Below, in pieces: positions 30,601 through 37,320 of a stretch of 64,000 bases of DNA (position 1 is its first letter; each line of letters begins with the position of its first letter). This DNA is from a virus, in IMG/VR virus record IMGVR_UViG_3300044712_000429, positions 6,036-70,035 of that record. The stretch is one strand, 5' to 3'. Under the pieces are notes generated by a model. It searched no databases. It worked only from the letters and a program-made list of their open reading frames with translations, and was not told where the DNA came from. A program made the translations under genes and the position numbers.

Positions 30601-31214
30601 AGCACGTCACCACACCGAACCAGCACAGCGCACGCTACATCGAAGAACTCTACGGTGAGAACGTCAAGGCCAGCGACATCAAGATGAAGGATGGCCAGCT
30701 CGACATCACCGATGACAAGAACCGCGTGGCCTTGATGCGGTGGGTTGACGGCGCCATCCTGCGCCCCACAGCCGCACAGCGCACCACATGGGGTAGCGAT
30801 CCGCTGTACCAGCTCTTCTTCCAGTTCAAGACCTTCACCTACGCCATGCACCGCGTGATCCTGCGCCGCGCCTACATCGAGGCTCAGCATGGGAACTACT
30901 CCCCGGCGCTGACGCTGGTGGCGGGTTACGTGCCGGTGATGATTGCTGCAGACCTGTTCAAGGGTCTGGTCACCAATCTAGGCGATGAGCCGGAGTGGAT
31001 GAAGGGTCTCGGCCCCGCAGGCGTGCTTAGCAACGGCGTACAGCGTGCGGGACTGGCAGGCATCTATCAGTTCGGCCTGGACGCCGCAGACAACCCCTTG
31101 AGGGCTGCTGGCCCCATGGTTGGGCAGATCGGTGACGCCTTCAAAGACCCGCTCGGCCTCACAGGGTTGAAGGCGCTACCGCTCAGCCCACAGGTGCGTG
31201 GGGCTGTCGACTGA
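24675..31214 (+). CDS. Large ejection/internal virion protein with zincin-like motif
   Basis: 2179 aa; Gly/Ala-rich N-terminal membrane-type region, HHESIH plus EEFAA, NYFPR.WD and FFQFKTF motifs typical of podovirus ejection proteins. Confidence 0.8.
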   Translation: MGLILDTAPLGLRAGAFSGNGNVAPPPRGEIEKGFNLGVGGVASGLQGSVATLQDALGYHDEALARYAAARLEAERMARENPLAVQNFTDINSLGDAGNWAAGALGQAVPSIATGIGGAVAGRLGLGAAAKFAKNRGSAAVSQALSNPTLNTAVGAGLGMLPQEMGESAMSLYGDPTAMANTTPVDRLGINLGKGVVNSALESIVPAYTIGKVVKPGVIKGGMGGAAAHVGKIAGIDAAGEFLTEGAQNVVGDLAHGVANPANKVDWKEAFNAGMAGAVGGAAMGGAGGIAGIAKDKLSKTPEPKVTKAVDDNRKWTQHSELDGLTTPQEAPRGLRKNGTDDELLAWQGQDDVARTQKAVKLAKDMVSDPAAPQDVKQASADFLTEAENGNAQAWAEYSAALGHRRDIVKTTEKVEDFASKVGELLAKGVKKVEGTKQSLMQNTTAKNYTPTEADLDFAQRLFSRDNMQGLDKKLDDKSKAMFAKYLRGYIESGFGAEHNDGEVVVPDQLSELLGEHTAKAITNAADILRRDHGFKMDKTYVERVKQVAEVVSGHATARKADKQIISDNLTSEAYDTLHASRLGDVAQMAKEQALGLGKHTDKLKALLGPNTDAVLQAFHDKYKRESPGTVDLGRQQVEDDEGVVHTGHEGESSVSEDKVTYHGRDAKKGGLYDMENPEHRDWHGKNLADIAARKGATTRSIGAADYLLNSGMKPEQAQAELEKLLGAPLPASAKERKPVLDALNKRYRGIEATVHAGEEADPLTITHDEMKSLRDGGDKKNRHIGLGRLTLVAKDGKEFHTSSQRLIQLMEKKTNADISATEQGGVEAKRRQFSAALASIMQSENFDHIRYTDKQGVTHDLAKGESLPKDFVLFNFGLGKSVTLGEAEQGRSDEQQAKKEAADERRRVLKERNSELNGYQVTRYPSKEAAAKKAAELSKAKDKDYVPVLGANGKWLVEQRRAAKRGYTDGVDTNNLADYTRAELTEEIGKATAGIANAQNEGHRAALESRLDKLNEELALRPDDEDSGPRRGDAQMSAVVTEDAAVVSGKKAYDATLAKLADVNEKLLTVKNIVERKTLRALRSDLNAQLRRMESEKEAGSISASDTANQRRPDLAKPFAQEFGDTAVQNAASGKTNTNTKSPYAGKATPSLDEGVVFSENAAEQQESQVHVRDEETKLDVQGKHSRNQQSATERIGTLKGIISTTEQRLAKGRELLAKAAPKSREAIIENGKRLAGVLAKAQRELAEVEENLKVLDKKPSATTNSAEVTVTPEVEAAIREYAERVLGPKFKVIIKDMAIAGEWSPKGAMRIATTAVDPYGVAHHESIHELFKRLRDHGDARTLEVLNNLSTNKIIRRKLEQLLAGHPEAIKQLSDPEEFAAYVYQFHAAGVLELGPKAEGLFAKIKNFIKGVLGVLTEDQKAEQILIAFNQGAANDMSFFGQAMNAMDSMNAEWGKVTTNLSGYVDKANAFLGSVEGRLVGNKNPHLDTLGRLFVNVVGEKGQQGHLQAVRQKIDQMDSGLKRAIERAYGPDEEIDPKDVEMAMEAMQKGITAPDRIARKIQDEIQGLKPGGMTSDGRKSFFLRMHEYLKDSGVSVWDNEKDAWVPVSYVENYFPRAWDTEKLASNGEQFIALLLQHHTKDLQGIADKVNAESKAAKPLTPEDIAHAILQRLTTSNGQNDLGETNSSMGFAPFMKAVNKRTLNFIDMRVFAEFQEKDFTHILSGYIRQAVKRAEYVKRFGLAGEVVESNMRQAHEWELNKDADGMGVKDLVGKAKSAYRFERDAAIKAGKKPPSEWQDLIPRIMKDNGVDDQGVSELTKRVNERMVSYAKAISAMEGTLGADASDLTKTVSSYMMAYQNWRNLGYVLFANIIDPMGTIINGGEVNDAFATLRAGLTSIVKGKDYKTDAIKLAEYVGTIDANHFHGMLGEMYGSQFTAKGAAWLNDKLFQFNGMEAYNRGVRAQATMVAKKFIEKHVTTPNQHSARYIEELYGENVKASDIKMKDGQLDITDDKNRVALMRWVDGAILRPTAAQRTTWGSDPLYQLFFQFKTFTYAMHRVILRRAYIEAQHGNYSPALTLVAGYVPVMIAADLFKGLVTNLGDEPEWMKGLGPAGVLSNGVQRAGLAGIYQFGLDAADNPLRAAGPMVGQIGDAFKDPLGLTGLKALPLSPQVRGAVD

Positions 31215-31355
31215 TCACTTCTTATCCCTCATCGTCGCCAACAGGATCAAGGCGGCGATGAGGAATACCCACCAAGGGATTCCAGAGACACTCCCCGAGG
31301 GCATGAAGACGGCAAAAGCGGAGGGTGAAAACAGGAGAAATGGGAGGGCACGCAT
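31215..31355 (-). CDS. 46-aa membrane peptide, not in ORF track
   Basis: MRALPFLLFSPSAFAVFMPSGSVSGIPWWVFLIAALILLATMRDKK; stop abuts the stop of the convergent gene. Confidence 0.5.
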   Translation of the reverse strand: MRALPFLLFSPSAFAVFMPSGSVSGIPWWVFLIAALILLATMRDKK

Positions 31356-31423
31356 GTTAGTGTCCACTAACCTTGGGCCTTCACTCTACCTGAAAATCTC
31401 ATGCCATTGTCCTCAAAACAGGC

Positions 31424-31731
31424 AAAGTTCGGAACTTTTGAGGCAAAGTTCCGATCTTCGGAACCGCTTAACACGTTGAAACAGTTGGGGAAAGCAGCAA
31501 AAAGTTCCAAAGTTCCGAAGTTTAGGGTCAGTCGTTACAGAAAAAGGAAAGTTGATTTTCGGATGGACCCAACTATGTGTTCTCTATATAGAGTTGGGTC
31601 GAAATTTCGGAACTTTGGAACTTTTATTGCCTTTCCCCCTGTGTAGTCAATGAGTTACCCGGTTCCGAAGTTCGTAACCAGGGTTCCGAAGTTTCGCAAG
31701 CCCTTGTTCCTGTGGTTAAAATTTCGGAACC
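31424..31731. repeat. Palindromic GTTCCGAA iteron-like element A (origin-like)
   Basis: Arms AAAGTTCCAAAGTTCCGAAGTTT 31501-31523 and AAATTTCGGAACTTTGGAACTTTT 31602-31625 around hairpin GACCCAACT 31566/AGTTGGGTC 31592; more GTTCCGAA/TTCGGAAC copies outside. Confidence 0.85.
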
Positions 31732-31895
31732 GCCGTTTTTCAGAATATGTCAATGCCGTAAACCCTGTGCTGGCGCGGGTGTCGCTCTGAGCGAGTATTT
31801 GAGAAGTTGAGAAGTATTAGAGAATTAGATTCCCTGAGACCCCTTGAAACCCTTGTGGCGCAAGGCTTCCCGGGTTATGACAAAAGGCGACACGA

Positions 31896-31943
31896 GGATT
31901 GTGATTCCGGCTGTCGTGGGTTCGAGTCCCATCAGCCACCCCA
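31896..31943 (+). mobile_element. Putative attP core: 3' part of tRNA-His(GTG)
   Basis: GGATTGTGATTCCGGCTGTCGTGGGTTCGAGTCCCATCAGCCACCCCA = anticodon loop, T arm, acceptor 3' strand and CCA; no D arm or 5' acceptor strand upstream. Confidence 0.85.
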
Positions 31944-32224
31944 GTAAACGCAAGGGTTCCAGGGTAGGTAGCATGACAAATGCACCCTAATACTTTTGGC
32001 TCTTTCACTCTCTTTCGATCGTTTTTGCTGGAAGTCTGACGCGGGTATTAGGGACTGCTCTGGCAGACTGAGGGGCTGCTCGCTACCCTCGCAGGCAAGA
32101 AAATAGGTCGGCTCGAATACAGCCCTTTAGAGCCGCTGAAAGTCTGTCGGAGGCAGCGCCACAGCCGCACCCCTGTGGATAACTCCGTGGCGGGGCCGTG
32201 GAACAGCCGTGAAACACTATTTCG

Positions 32225-32482
32225 TCAGTTCTCGAAACCGCCTTGGGTAGGGGTTTTGCGCAAACCGTCGCTATGGGCAAATATCTGACCCATGGAGTCG
32301 TTGGCCTTGACGGTGAATCCAGACCCACGGGGAACGGCGGTGAAGATGTCACAGCCGTTCTGGCACCACTTGGAGTTACCCTTGATCTTCAGGATGGTCC
32401 CACACTTGGGACAGGGTTTGTCAGGGGAATTCACGGAAGTCTCCGATCTCGGGCTTCGGTTTGGTGTAGTGCTTGGACTCAT
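32225..32482 (-). CDS. Small zinc-ribbon protein
   Basis: CPKCG...WCQNGC; GAAGG RBS. Confidence 0.45.
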   Translation of the reverse strand: MSPSTTPNRSPRSETSVNSPDKPCPKCGTILKIKGNSKWCQNGCDIFTAVPRGSGFTVKANDSMGQIFAHSDGLRKTPTQGGFEN

Positions 32483-32641
32483 CACCTTCCCTGAAGGTCT
32501 CCCACCATGAGCGGTTCCATGTTTCCAGACTGGAGCAAAAGGACACCTCATGCCTACCGCATACGGTGCATGTTCGGTCGTAAGGGTTGCGGTAGTGCCA
32601 CCTGTGACAACCGAACAGGAGTCAAAAGAATTTGCGAAGAG

Positions 32642-32905
32642 TCACTTCATCTCCTCCAACTGGCGCTTGATTTCCTCAAGCATGGAGGGATGCATCACCA
32701 AGGTGTCCCGTATGCGATAAACCTGTCGGCTCGGGACTTGGGTCTGAGCCATGTGGGTGGCAGTCTTCTGCCACGGACGCCAAGGCCACGTGAAGAGGCG
32801 TTCCTTCCAGCTACGTATCCGCGTGCGCTCTTCGTCAGGGCCAGCCTCGGTGAGGAGTGCGTTGGTGGCGATGTTGAATCCGAATGCTTTGTATGGTGTC
32901 TTCAC
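32642..32905 (-). CDS. Hypothetical protein
   Basis: GTGA coupling, RSWKERLF.WPWRPW motif. Confidence 0.7.
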   Translation of the reverse strand: MKTPYKAFGFNIATNALLTEAGPDEERTRIRSWKERLFTWPWRPWQKTATHMAQTQVPSRQVYRIRDTLVMHPSMLEEIKRQLEEMK

Positions 32906-33309
32906 GGCCTCTTCCTCGGCAGGCGCATCCTGACAACCGACTTCGAAGTGCCTTGACGAGCCATAGGCTTATAGCCCCGCTTCTCGTAGAAGCCGACAGC
33001 TTTCTTGGTCGCCAGCACGGTGACCGGCAGCTTGAAGACGGAGGCCATGTGTTCAAGGTTGTCCATGAGCAGGGAGCCGCAGCCAGCTTCAATGCTGCCC
33101 AGGCTGAAGATGTGGAACCTGTCCTTATAGGCGATGTAGCTGGCCACAGCGGCGATGCCACGGTTGTCCACCAGCGCGCGCACAGCAAGGCTTGTGTCCT
33201 CGCGCAGGGCCGCGCACATCATCTCGGCATTGTCAGAGTTCGGAACCCACTCCCGCATGTACTTGCGTGCTGTGGAGAAGTCCTCTCCGGTGATTTCAAC
33301 GATCTTCAT
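32902..33309 (-). CDS. GNAT-family acetyltransferase
   Basis: G.GS.LM and A.GFYEK.GY acetyl-CoA-binding motifs. Confidence 0.8.
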   Translation of the reverse strand: MKIVEITGEDFSTARKYMREWVPNSDNAEMMCAALREDTSLAVRALVDNRGIAAVASYIAYKDRFHIFSLGSIEAGCGSLLMDNLEHMASVFKLPVTVLATKKAVGFYEKRGYKPMARQGTSKSVVRMRLPRKRP

Positions 33310-33515
33310 GCCGCCTCTCGCTCGATCTCAAGGTTGATGTCGGATTCCTTCACGGCCATCTCCAAAGTTCCGCGAGTGGTTTTCGGAGCAGTGAGTTCGA
33401 TGAAATGGGTGAAGTGCTCCTTGTACCGTCCCGTGTAGGGGCGAATGTTCATGATCGTGGACTTGCCATCAGGCAGACCACTGAACCACGTGGTGAGCTT
33501 GTCGCCGACTTTCAC
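33306..33515 (-). CDS. Hypothetical protein
   Basis: Coupled ORF within the operon. Confidence 0.6.
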   Translation of the reverse strand: MKVGDKLTTWFSGLPDGKSTIMNIRPYTGRYKEHFTHFIELTAPKTTRGTLEMAVKESDINLEIEREAA

Positions 33516-33802
33516 TTGACGTTCTCCACGTGGATGATTCCATCACCCAGGCGGCGCAGTTCCACCTTCGGCCCAAGGCCGAGGAGAATCTTCCCGTTGT
33601 TGATGTCGATGATGGGTCGCTCGGGTGTACCGGCAACACGACGCGTACCCGCCTCGCTCGTGAGAAGGGTGAGCGAGCCGTCGTCGTTGCACTCAAGGTG
33701 CCAGTTCTGACCATGCTTGAAGCCGCACTCGGTGAGAATGGCGCCTTCAAGCCAGAGGCGCGGTTTGCCGCGATTGCTGCCGATGTTTCGTGTGTAGCTC
33801 AT
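33512..33802 (-). CDS. SymE/AbrB-fold-like protein, apparently two units
   Basis: PRLWLEG..L..CGF..G........G.L.L resembles SymE; second unit PIIDI...LG..V......G.I.V. Confidence 0.55.
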   Translation of the reverse strand: MSYTRNIGSNRGKPRLWLEGAILTECGFKHGQNWHLECNDDGSLTLLTSEAGTRRVAGTPERPIIDINNGKILLGLGPKVELRRLGDGIIHVENVK

Positions 33803-34014
33803 TTGTTATTCTCCACTTTGGCGATGTCGCGCTGAAGCTGGCGCGCACTGTTGTCATCTCGTGGCGTACGTGCCACCGGGATCGCCCACCGTCCACACGG
33901 TGAGCGAATCTTGGCGTGACCCGAAGGGTATTCAACCGTCCAGCCACGCTTGACGGCGTCATTCACCACCTTCTGCACAGCCTTGTTGGTTGATGCCTTC
34001 GAGGGTTTGCTCAC
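33799..34014 (-). CDS. HicA-like protein
   Basis: A.KRGW.V....GH.KI.SP.G.......TP.D......L.RDI pattern of phage HicA-like proteins. Confidence 0.65.
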   Translation of the reverse strand: MSKPSKASTNKAVQKVVNDAVKRGWTVEYPSGHAKIRSPCGRWAIPVARTPRDDNSARQLQRDIAKVENNK

Positions 34015-34607
34015 GCGGCTTCTCCAAAGGAAAGGATGCTGGCGTGCACCAGCGGCACCGCCTCGCGTTGTCGATTGCGCCTGCGAATGTCGGCTTGCTC
34101 CGGTGCCTGCATCTGCTTGATCTGTTCGAGAAGCTGCAGAACATCCTTCGGCTCCACGATCAGTTCCTGTGCCTCGGGTTGACCCTTCCTCTGGAAGATC
34201 GGGAACTCGAACGGGTTGTAGGACTGAAGATCGACCTCGACGCTGCGTGGCCTTGTCTCAGACCAGTCAAAGAACACCGGCATCTCGTGAAAGACCTTGA
34301 GGTTCGGGTTCATTGCAAACACCCGAATTACATCGAACGGTGGCCCGTCGAACTCATCCCTACCATGATGCATTTCGTTGTACCACTGGCTTGCGGAACG
34401 AGCTTGGTGTTCCCGCATGGGATGAATCTTCGACTGAGCATGCATGATCAGGTTTGTACCCTGATGCTCAAGCATCATCTCAAACCGACCGTACTCGATG
34501 TTCTCTTGGATGGAGATACGCCACCCTCGTTGACCGAGGGTGAAGGTATCGCTGCGCCAGCCATCGAAGCGGACTTCGCTGCGCGGATTAACCAGCAAAC
34601 GAGCCAT
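34011..34607 (-). CDS. Hypothetical protein
   Basis: Start reassigned to MARLLVNP; coupled to downstream ORF. Confidence 0.7.
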   Translation of the reverse strand: MARLLVNPRSEVRFDGWRSDTFTLGQRGWRISIQENIEYGRFEMMLEHQGTNLIMHAQSKIHPMREHQARSASQWYNEMHHGRDEFDGPPFDVIRVFAMNPNLKVFHEMPVFFDWSETRPRSVEVDLQSYNPFEFPIFQRKGQPEAQELIVEPKDVLQLLEQIKQMQAPEQADIRRRNRQREAVPLVHASILSFGEAA

Positions 34608-34785
34608 CTGCAATGCTCGCCTTGAGGTCTTCGATGGAACGCTTGATGCTACGCACCACGTCCTCAGCCGCAGCCAGTTCACGCATCTTCTTGACCAAGG
34701 CGTTCTTGGCCTTCTCGGTGCGCTCCTTGACGATTTCCGCTTGGGCTTCGTCTTCCACTTTCTTGATGTCAAACAGGCTACTCAT
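34588..34785 (-). CDS. Small coiled-coil protein
   Basis: MSSLFDIKKV, GGAG RBS. Confidence 0.65.
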   Translation of the reverse strand: MSSLFDIKKVEDEAQAEIVKERTEKAKNALVKKMRELAAAEDVVRSIKRSIEDLKASIADGSFAG

Positions 34786-34955
34786 GATTTTCTCCAGGTG
34801 ATGGTGATGATGGGAATAAAGCGATGCCACCACTTGGTGGCTCGCAGGCGCTGCTTGGCTTTCTCGACCGCTTCGCGGTAACGCTCGCGTTCGAGTTCGT
34901 CCTTGGCTGCTTGAAGTACGCGATCAGCAAAGGTGTCATCAGATCGGAAGCTCAT
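34782..34955 (-). CDS. 57-aa hypothetical protein, not in ORF track
   Basis: MSFRSDDTFADRVLQAAK..., ATGA overlaps at both ends. Confidence 0.6.
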   Translation of the reverse strand: MSFRSDDTFADRVLQAAKDELERERYREAVEKAKQRLRATKWWHRFIPIITITWRKS

Positions 34956-35212
34956 GGCCTACCCCTATGGTGGAAGTAGCGCCGGTAGAACCACATCGAG
35001 AACACGATGCCGAATGGCCCACCGGAGAGGAACCCGACGATGTCCCATCCGGCTGCACCCGGGGCGAGCTTGAACAACACCAAGTTCGCCATGCCGATGC
35101 ACAGGCTGTTGATGAAGGCTGCGATGTGGTGTCCTCGATTCACGAGCTGGCTTTGCAAGCCGAGCGTGAAGACGAGGATGAAGGTGCTGCCGAAGAGGGT
35201 GAGTGGTGTCAC
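34952..35212 (-). CDS. Small multi-TM membrane protein
   Basis: About three hydrophobic segments; GTGA overlap with ligase stop. Confidence 0.65.
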   Translation of the reverse strand: MTPLTLFGSTFILVFTLGLQSQLVNRGHHIAAFINSLCIGMANLVLFKLAPGAAGWDIVGFLSGGPFGIVFSMWFYRRYFHHRGRP

Positions 35213-36102
35213 GACATGTCCTTCGGATCGCGCCAACCAAGGAACACTGGATGACGCGGTGCATCCTTCATCCCGACCGGGAAGTACTTAACCTTGGCAA
35301 TTTTGCCGAGATGAGAATCTCGACGCGACCAGATCGCAGCGCGCTCATCATCTGTGAATCCTGTGCCAACGCTAAAGTCAGCTCCGGTGGGATTACGAAG
35401 AACCAAGGCTCCGAGGTCTCCGCGTCCTGTCTTGCCAGCTTGGTGAGAGCTTCGCTTAGTGCGGCCAAGCTCATTGGTGGTTGCGACGTTTCCATTGTGC
35501 ATGCGCTCCTCGAAGCCGATGACTTCGTACTCAGCATCCACGAAGCGTTTCAGCTTCAGGAGATACCCTTCCTTGACGGTGCTGCGACCCCGCTTGTAGG
35601 GTGCATTCGGGTCACGCAGGATCAGACCTTCGTAGCCCTGGTTGAGCAGCTTCTCTTCGAGTTCGAGCAGCGTGTCGAGACAGCCAATGTGATATTGGTC
35701 GTGGCGACGAAGGATGGGGTTGGCACCCCACTTGCCGTAGAACTCGTTGGTGATGGCGAGGTTGCGCTTCAGATACGGCGCGCTCAGATCGCGCACGTGA
35801 TCGAACACGTAGAAGCGGAGGTCGTAGTTCACCTTGTCCTGGGACATGACGTGGCTGACCGTATCGCGGTAGACGGTCTTGCTTGTCGGCTCACCGACGA
35901 TCAACTCACCGTCAAGGTGTTCGAAGGTATCGAGCAGGTTCTGCACGAAGACGTTCGGTATCGGCTTGTTGGAGCGGCTGTACACCGTCCCGCCGCGCAC
36001 TACGGCGCGCACGCCGTCGAGCTTGGCGCTGGCCAGCAGCGGGAAGCGGAGCTTGTCGAGTTCCGCGTCGGTGGCGAGCATGCACTTGAAGAGGTCAGAC
36101 AT
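35209..36102 (-). CDS. ATP-dependent DNA ligase
   Basis: Motifs KLDGVR, LDGEL, FYVFD, EGLILR, LLKLK; OB domain VGTGF, PRHPVF. Confidence 0.95.
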   Translation of the reverse strand: MSDLFKCMLATDAELDKLRFPLLASAKLDGVRAVVRGGTVYSRSNKPIPNVFVQNLLDTFEHLDGELIVGEPTSKTVYRDTVSHVMSQDKVNYDLRFYVFDHVRDLSAPYLKRNLAITNEFYGKWGANPILRRHDQYHIGCLDTLLELEEKLLNQGYEGLILRDPNAPYKRGRSTVKEGYLLKLKRFVDAEYEVIGFEERMHNGNVATTNELGRTKRSSHQAGKTGRGDLGALVLRNPTGADFSVGTGFTDDERAAIWSRRDSHLGKIAKVKYFPVGMKDAPRHPVFLGWRDPKDMS

Positions 36103-36445
36103 GAAGAAAATCCTTTATGCGTTGTCTTGATGCTGCGCCGAAGTCGCGCAACAAACCTTCTGGATCGTCAATAACGATTAGTTGCTTGGCAAATTTGTCA
36201 GCCCAAATCTCCGCTTGCATACGACCCGATCTGCCGGGGCGCATGCTGCCGGGACGAATGATTCGGCCTTGCTTCTCCAAGTTGTAATAACGAGCAGTGA
36301 TGGAGGAGTACGCCAAATGGGGATGACGAGCACGAATTTCGTCGCTGATGCAGCCGAGCAAACCAAAGCTCATTACTGTTTCATAAACGAGATTCTCTAA
36401 AGCTGTTGTATCAATCGAATCTCTGGCGAGATAAGAAGTGATCAT
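36095..36445 (-). CDS. Winged-HTH-like protein
   Basis: G...DEI......YSSITAR...L...G.I...G..R.GRSGR...IW. Confidence 0.55.
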   Translation of the reverse strand: MITSYLARDSIDTTALENLVYETVMSFGLLGCISDEIRARHPHLAYSSITARYYNLEKQGRIIRPGSMRPGRSGRMQAEIWADKFAKQLIVIDDPEGLLRDFGAASRQRIKDFLHV

Positions 36446-36783
36446 TTGGACAACTCGTTGTGAGCGGTGAAGTGAACCCCACCGGGCAAGTCCGCTTCCT
36501 TGACGAAGATGCCGTCCACGATGCGACCCTTGCGATCCTTGATCGTGTTCCATGCTTCCTCGATGCACTCTTCGATGGTCAGGCCGCACTGAGCGGAGAG
36601 CATCACCAGGACGACCACCGTGTCACCGATGCCATCCATGATCAGCTCGGGCTTGCCCTTGGCGAGACCCTCGGCCAGCTCGCCGACCTCTTCCATCAGC
36701 TTCACGAACTGCTTCTCGGGGCGCGTGCCTTGGATGATGTTGCGATCCATGCCCCACTTACGGATATCGTCAAATCTGCTCAT
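36442..36783 (-). CDS. MazG-like NTP pyrophosphohydrolase
   Basis: KLMEEVGELA...DGIGD..VVL; AWN.IKDRKG..VDG.FVKE. Confidence 0.9.
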   Translation of the reverse strand: MSRFDDIRKWGMDRNIIQGTRPEKQFVKLMEEVGELAEGLAKGKPELIMDGIGDTVVVLVMLSAQCGLTIEECIEEAWNTIKDRKGRIVDGIFVKEADLPGGVHFTAHNELSK

Positions 36784-36973
36784 TTTTGTGAATCACCTTG
36801 TAGATGCACGGACGGCCATTGCGCTGTTCGTGCTGGTTGAGAATCTGTGCGGCGTCGTTGGCGGCGAGCATGGAACCCGCGCTTTCAACGATCTGCTTGC
36901 GTATCGGGTTCACGATCAGGAACTGATCAGAGGGATGAACGGCGCTCGGGTTCAGAGGCGGGAGGTACTTCAC
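36770..36973 (-). CDS. Hypothetical protein
   Basis: GTG start coupled to upstream stop, GAGG RBS. Confidence 0.5.
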   Translation of the reverse strand: MKYLPPLNPSAVHPSDQFLIVNPIRKQIVESAGSMLAANDAAQILNQHEQRNGRPCIYKVIHKNEQI

Positions 36974-37320
36974 GCTGAGCACCTCATGCCTTGAGTGAAG
37001 AAGCGCATCACCAACTCCTTGATCTTTTCGTGGGCCTGAGTAACCGAAGGCCACGTACCGGCAATGAGCTGCTCCCCGAACCACCTGCCGAACGGGGCGC
37101 TGACCTCGTAGTCGAAGACGCCGGGGTAGTCGAACTCCAGGTCGACGAATCGTTGCGCGTGGGTGGTAATGAACTCGGCGTATTTCGAGATGTCCTCGAC
37201 GGTCTCGCACCAGCCTTCGCACTTGGCGGCGGCAGCGGCAATCACTTTGTCGTATCCGCTATCGTGCAAACCTTCGCAGATGAACATGGCGGTGCAGGGG
37301 ATTCGAATGTCGATACTCAT
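36970..37320 (-). CDS. Hypothetical protein
   Basis: ATGA-coupled ORF. Confidence 0.6.
   Translation of the reverse strand: MSIDIRIPCTAMFICEGLHDSGYDKVIAAAAAKCEGWCETVEDISKYAEFITTHAQRFVDLEFDYPGVFDYEVSAPFGRWFGEQLIAGTWPSVTQAHEKIKELVMRFFTQGMRCSA

Noticed and set aside
24675-31214. N4-type virion RNA polymerase
   Set aside because: Shorter than expected and no single-subunit RNAP catalytic motifs recognised
31424-31731. CRISPR array in the GTTCCGAA repeats (also 63693-64000)
   Set aside because: Repeats are short, in both orientations and irregularly spaced; no repeat-spacer periodicity and no cas operon
31860-31943. Complete tRNA-His gene
   Set aside because: No 5' acceptor strand or D arm upstream, and only 3 bp of the anticodon stem pair; treated as an att core
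32174-32182. Perfect DnaA box TGTGGATAA
   Set aside because: A single 9-mer is plausible by chance in 64 kb; no box cluster seen
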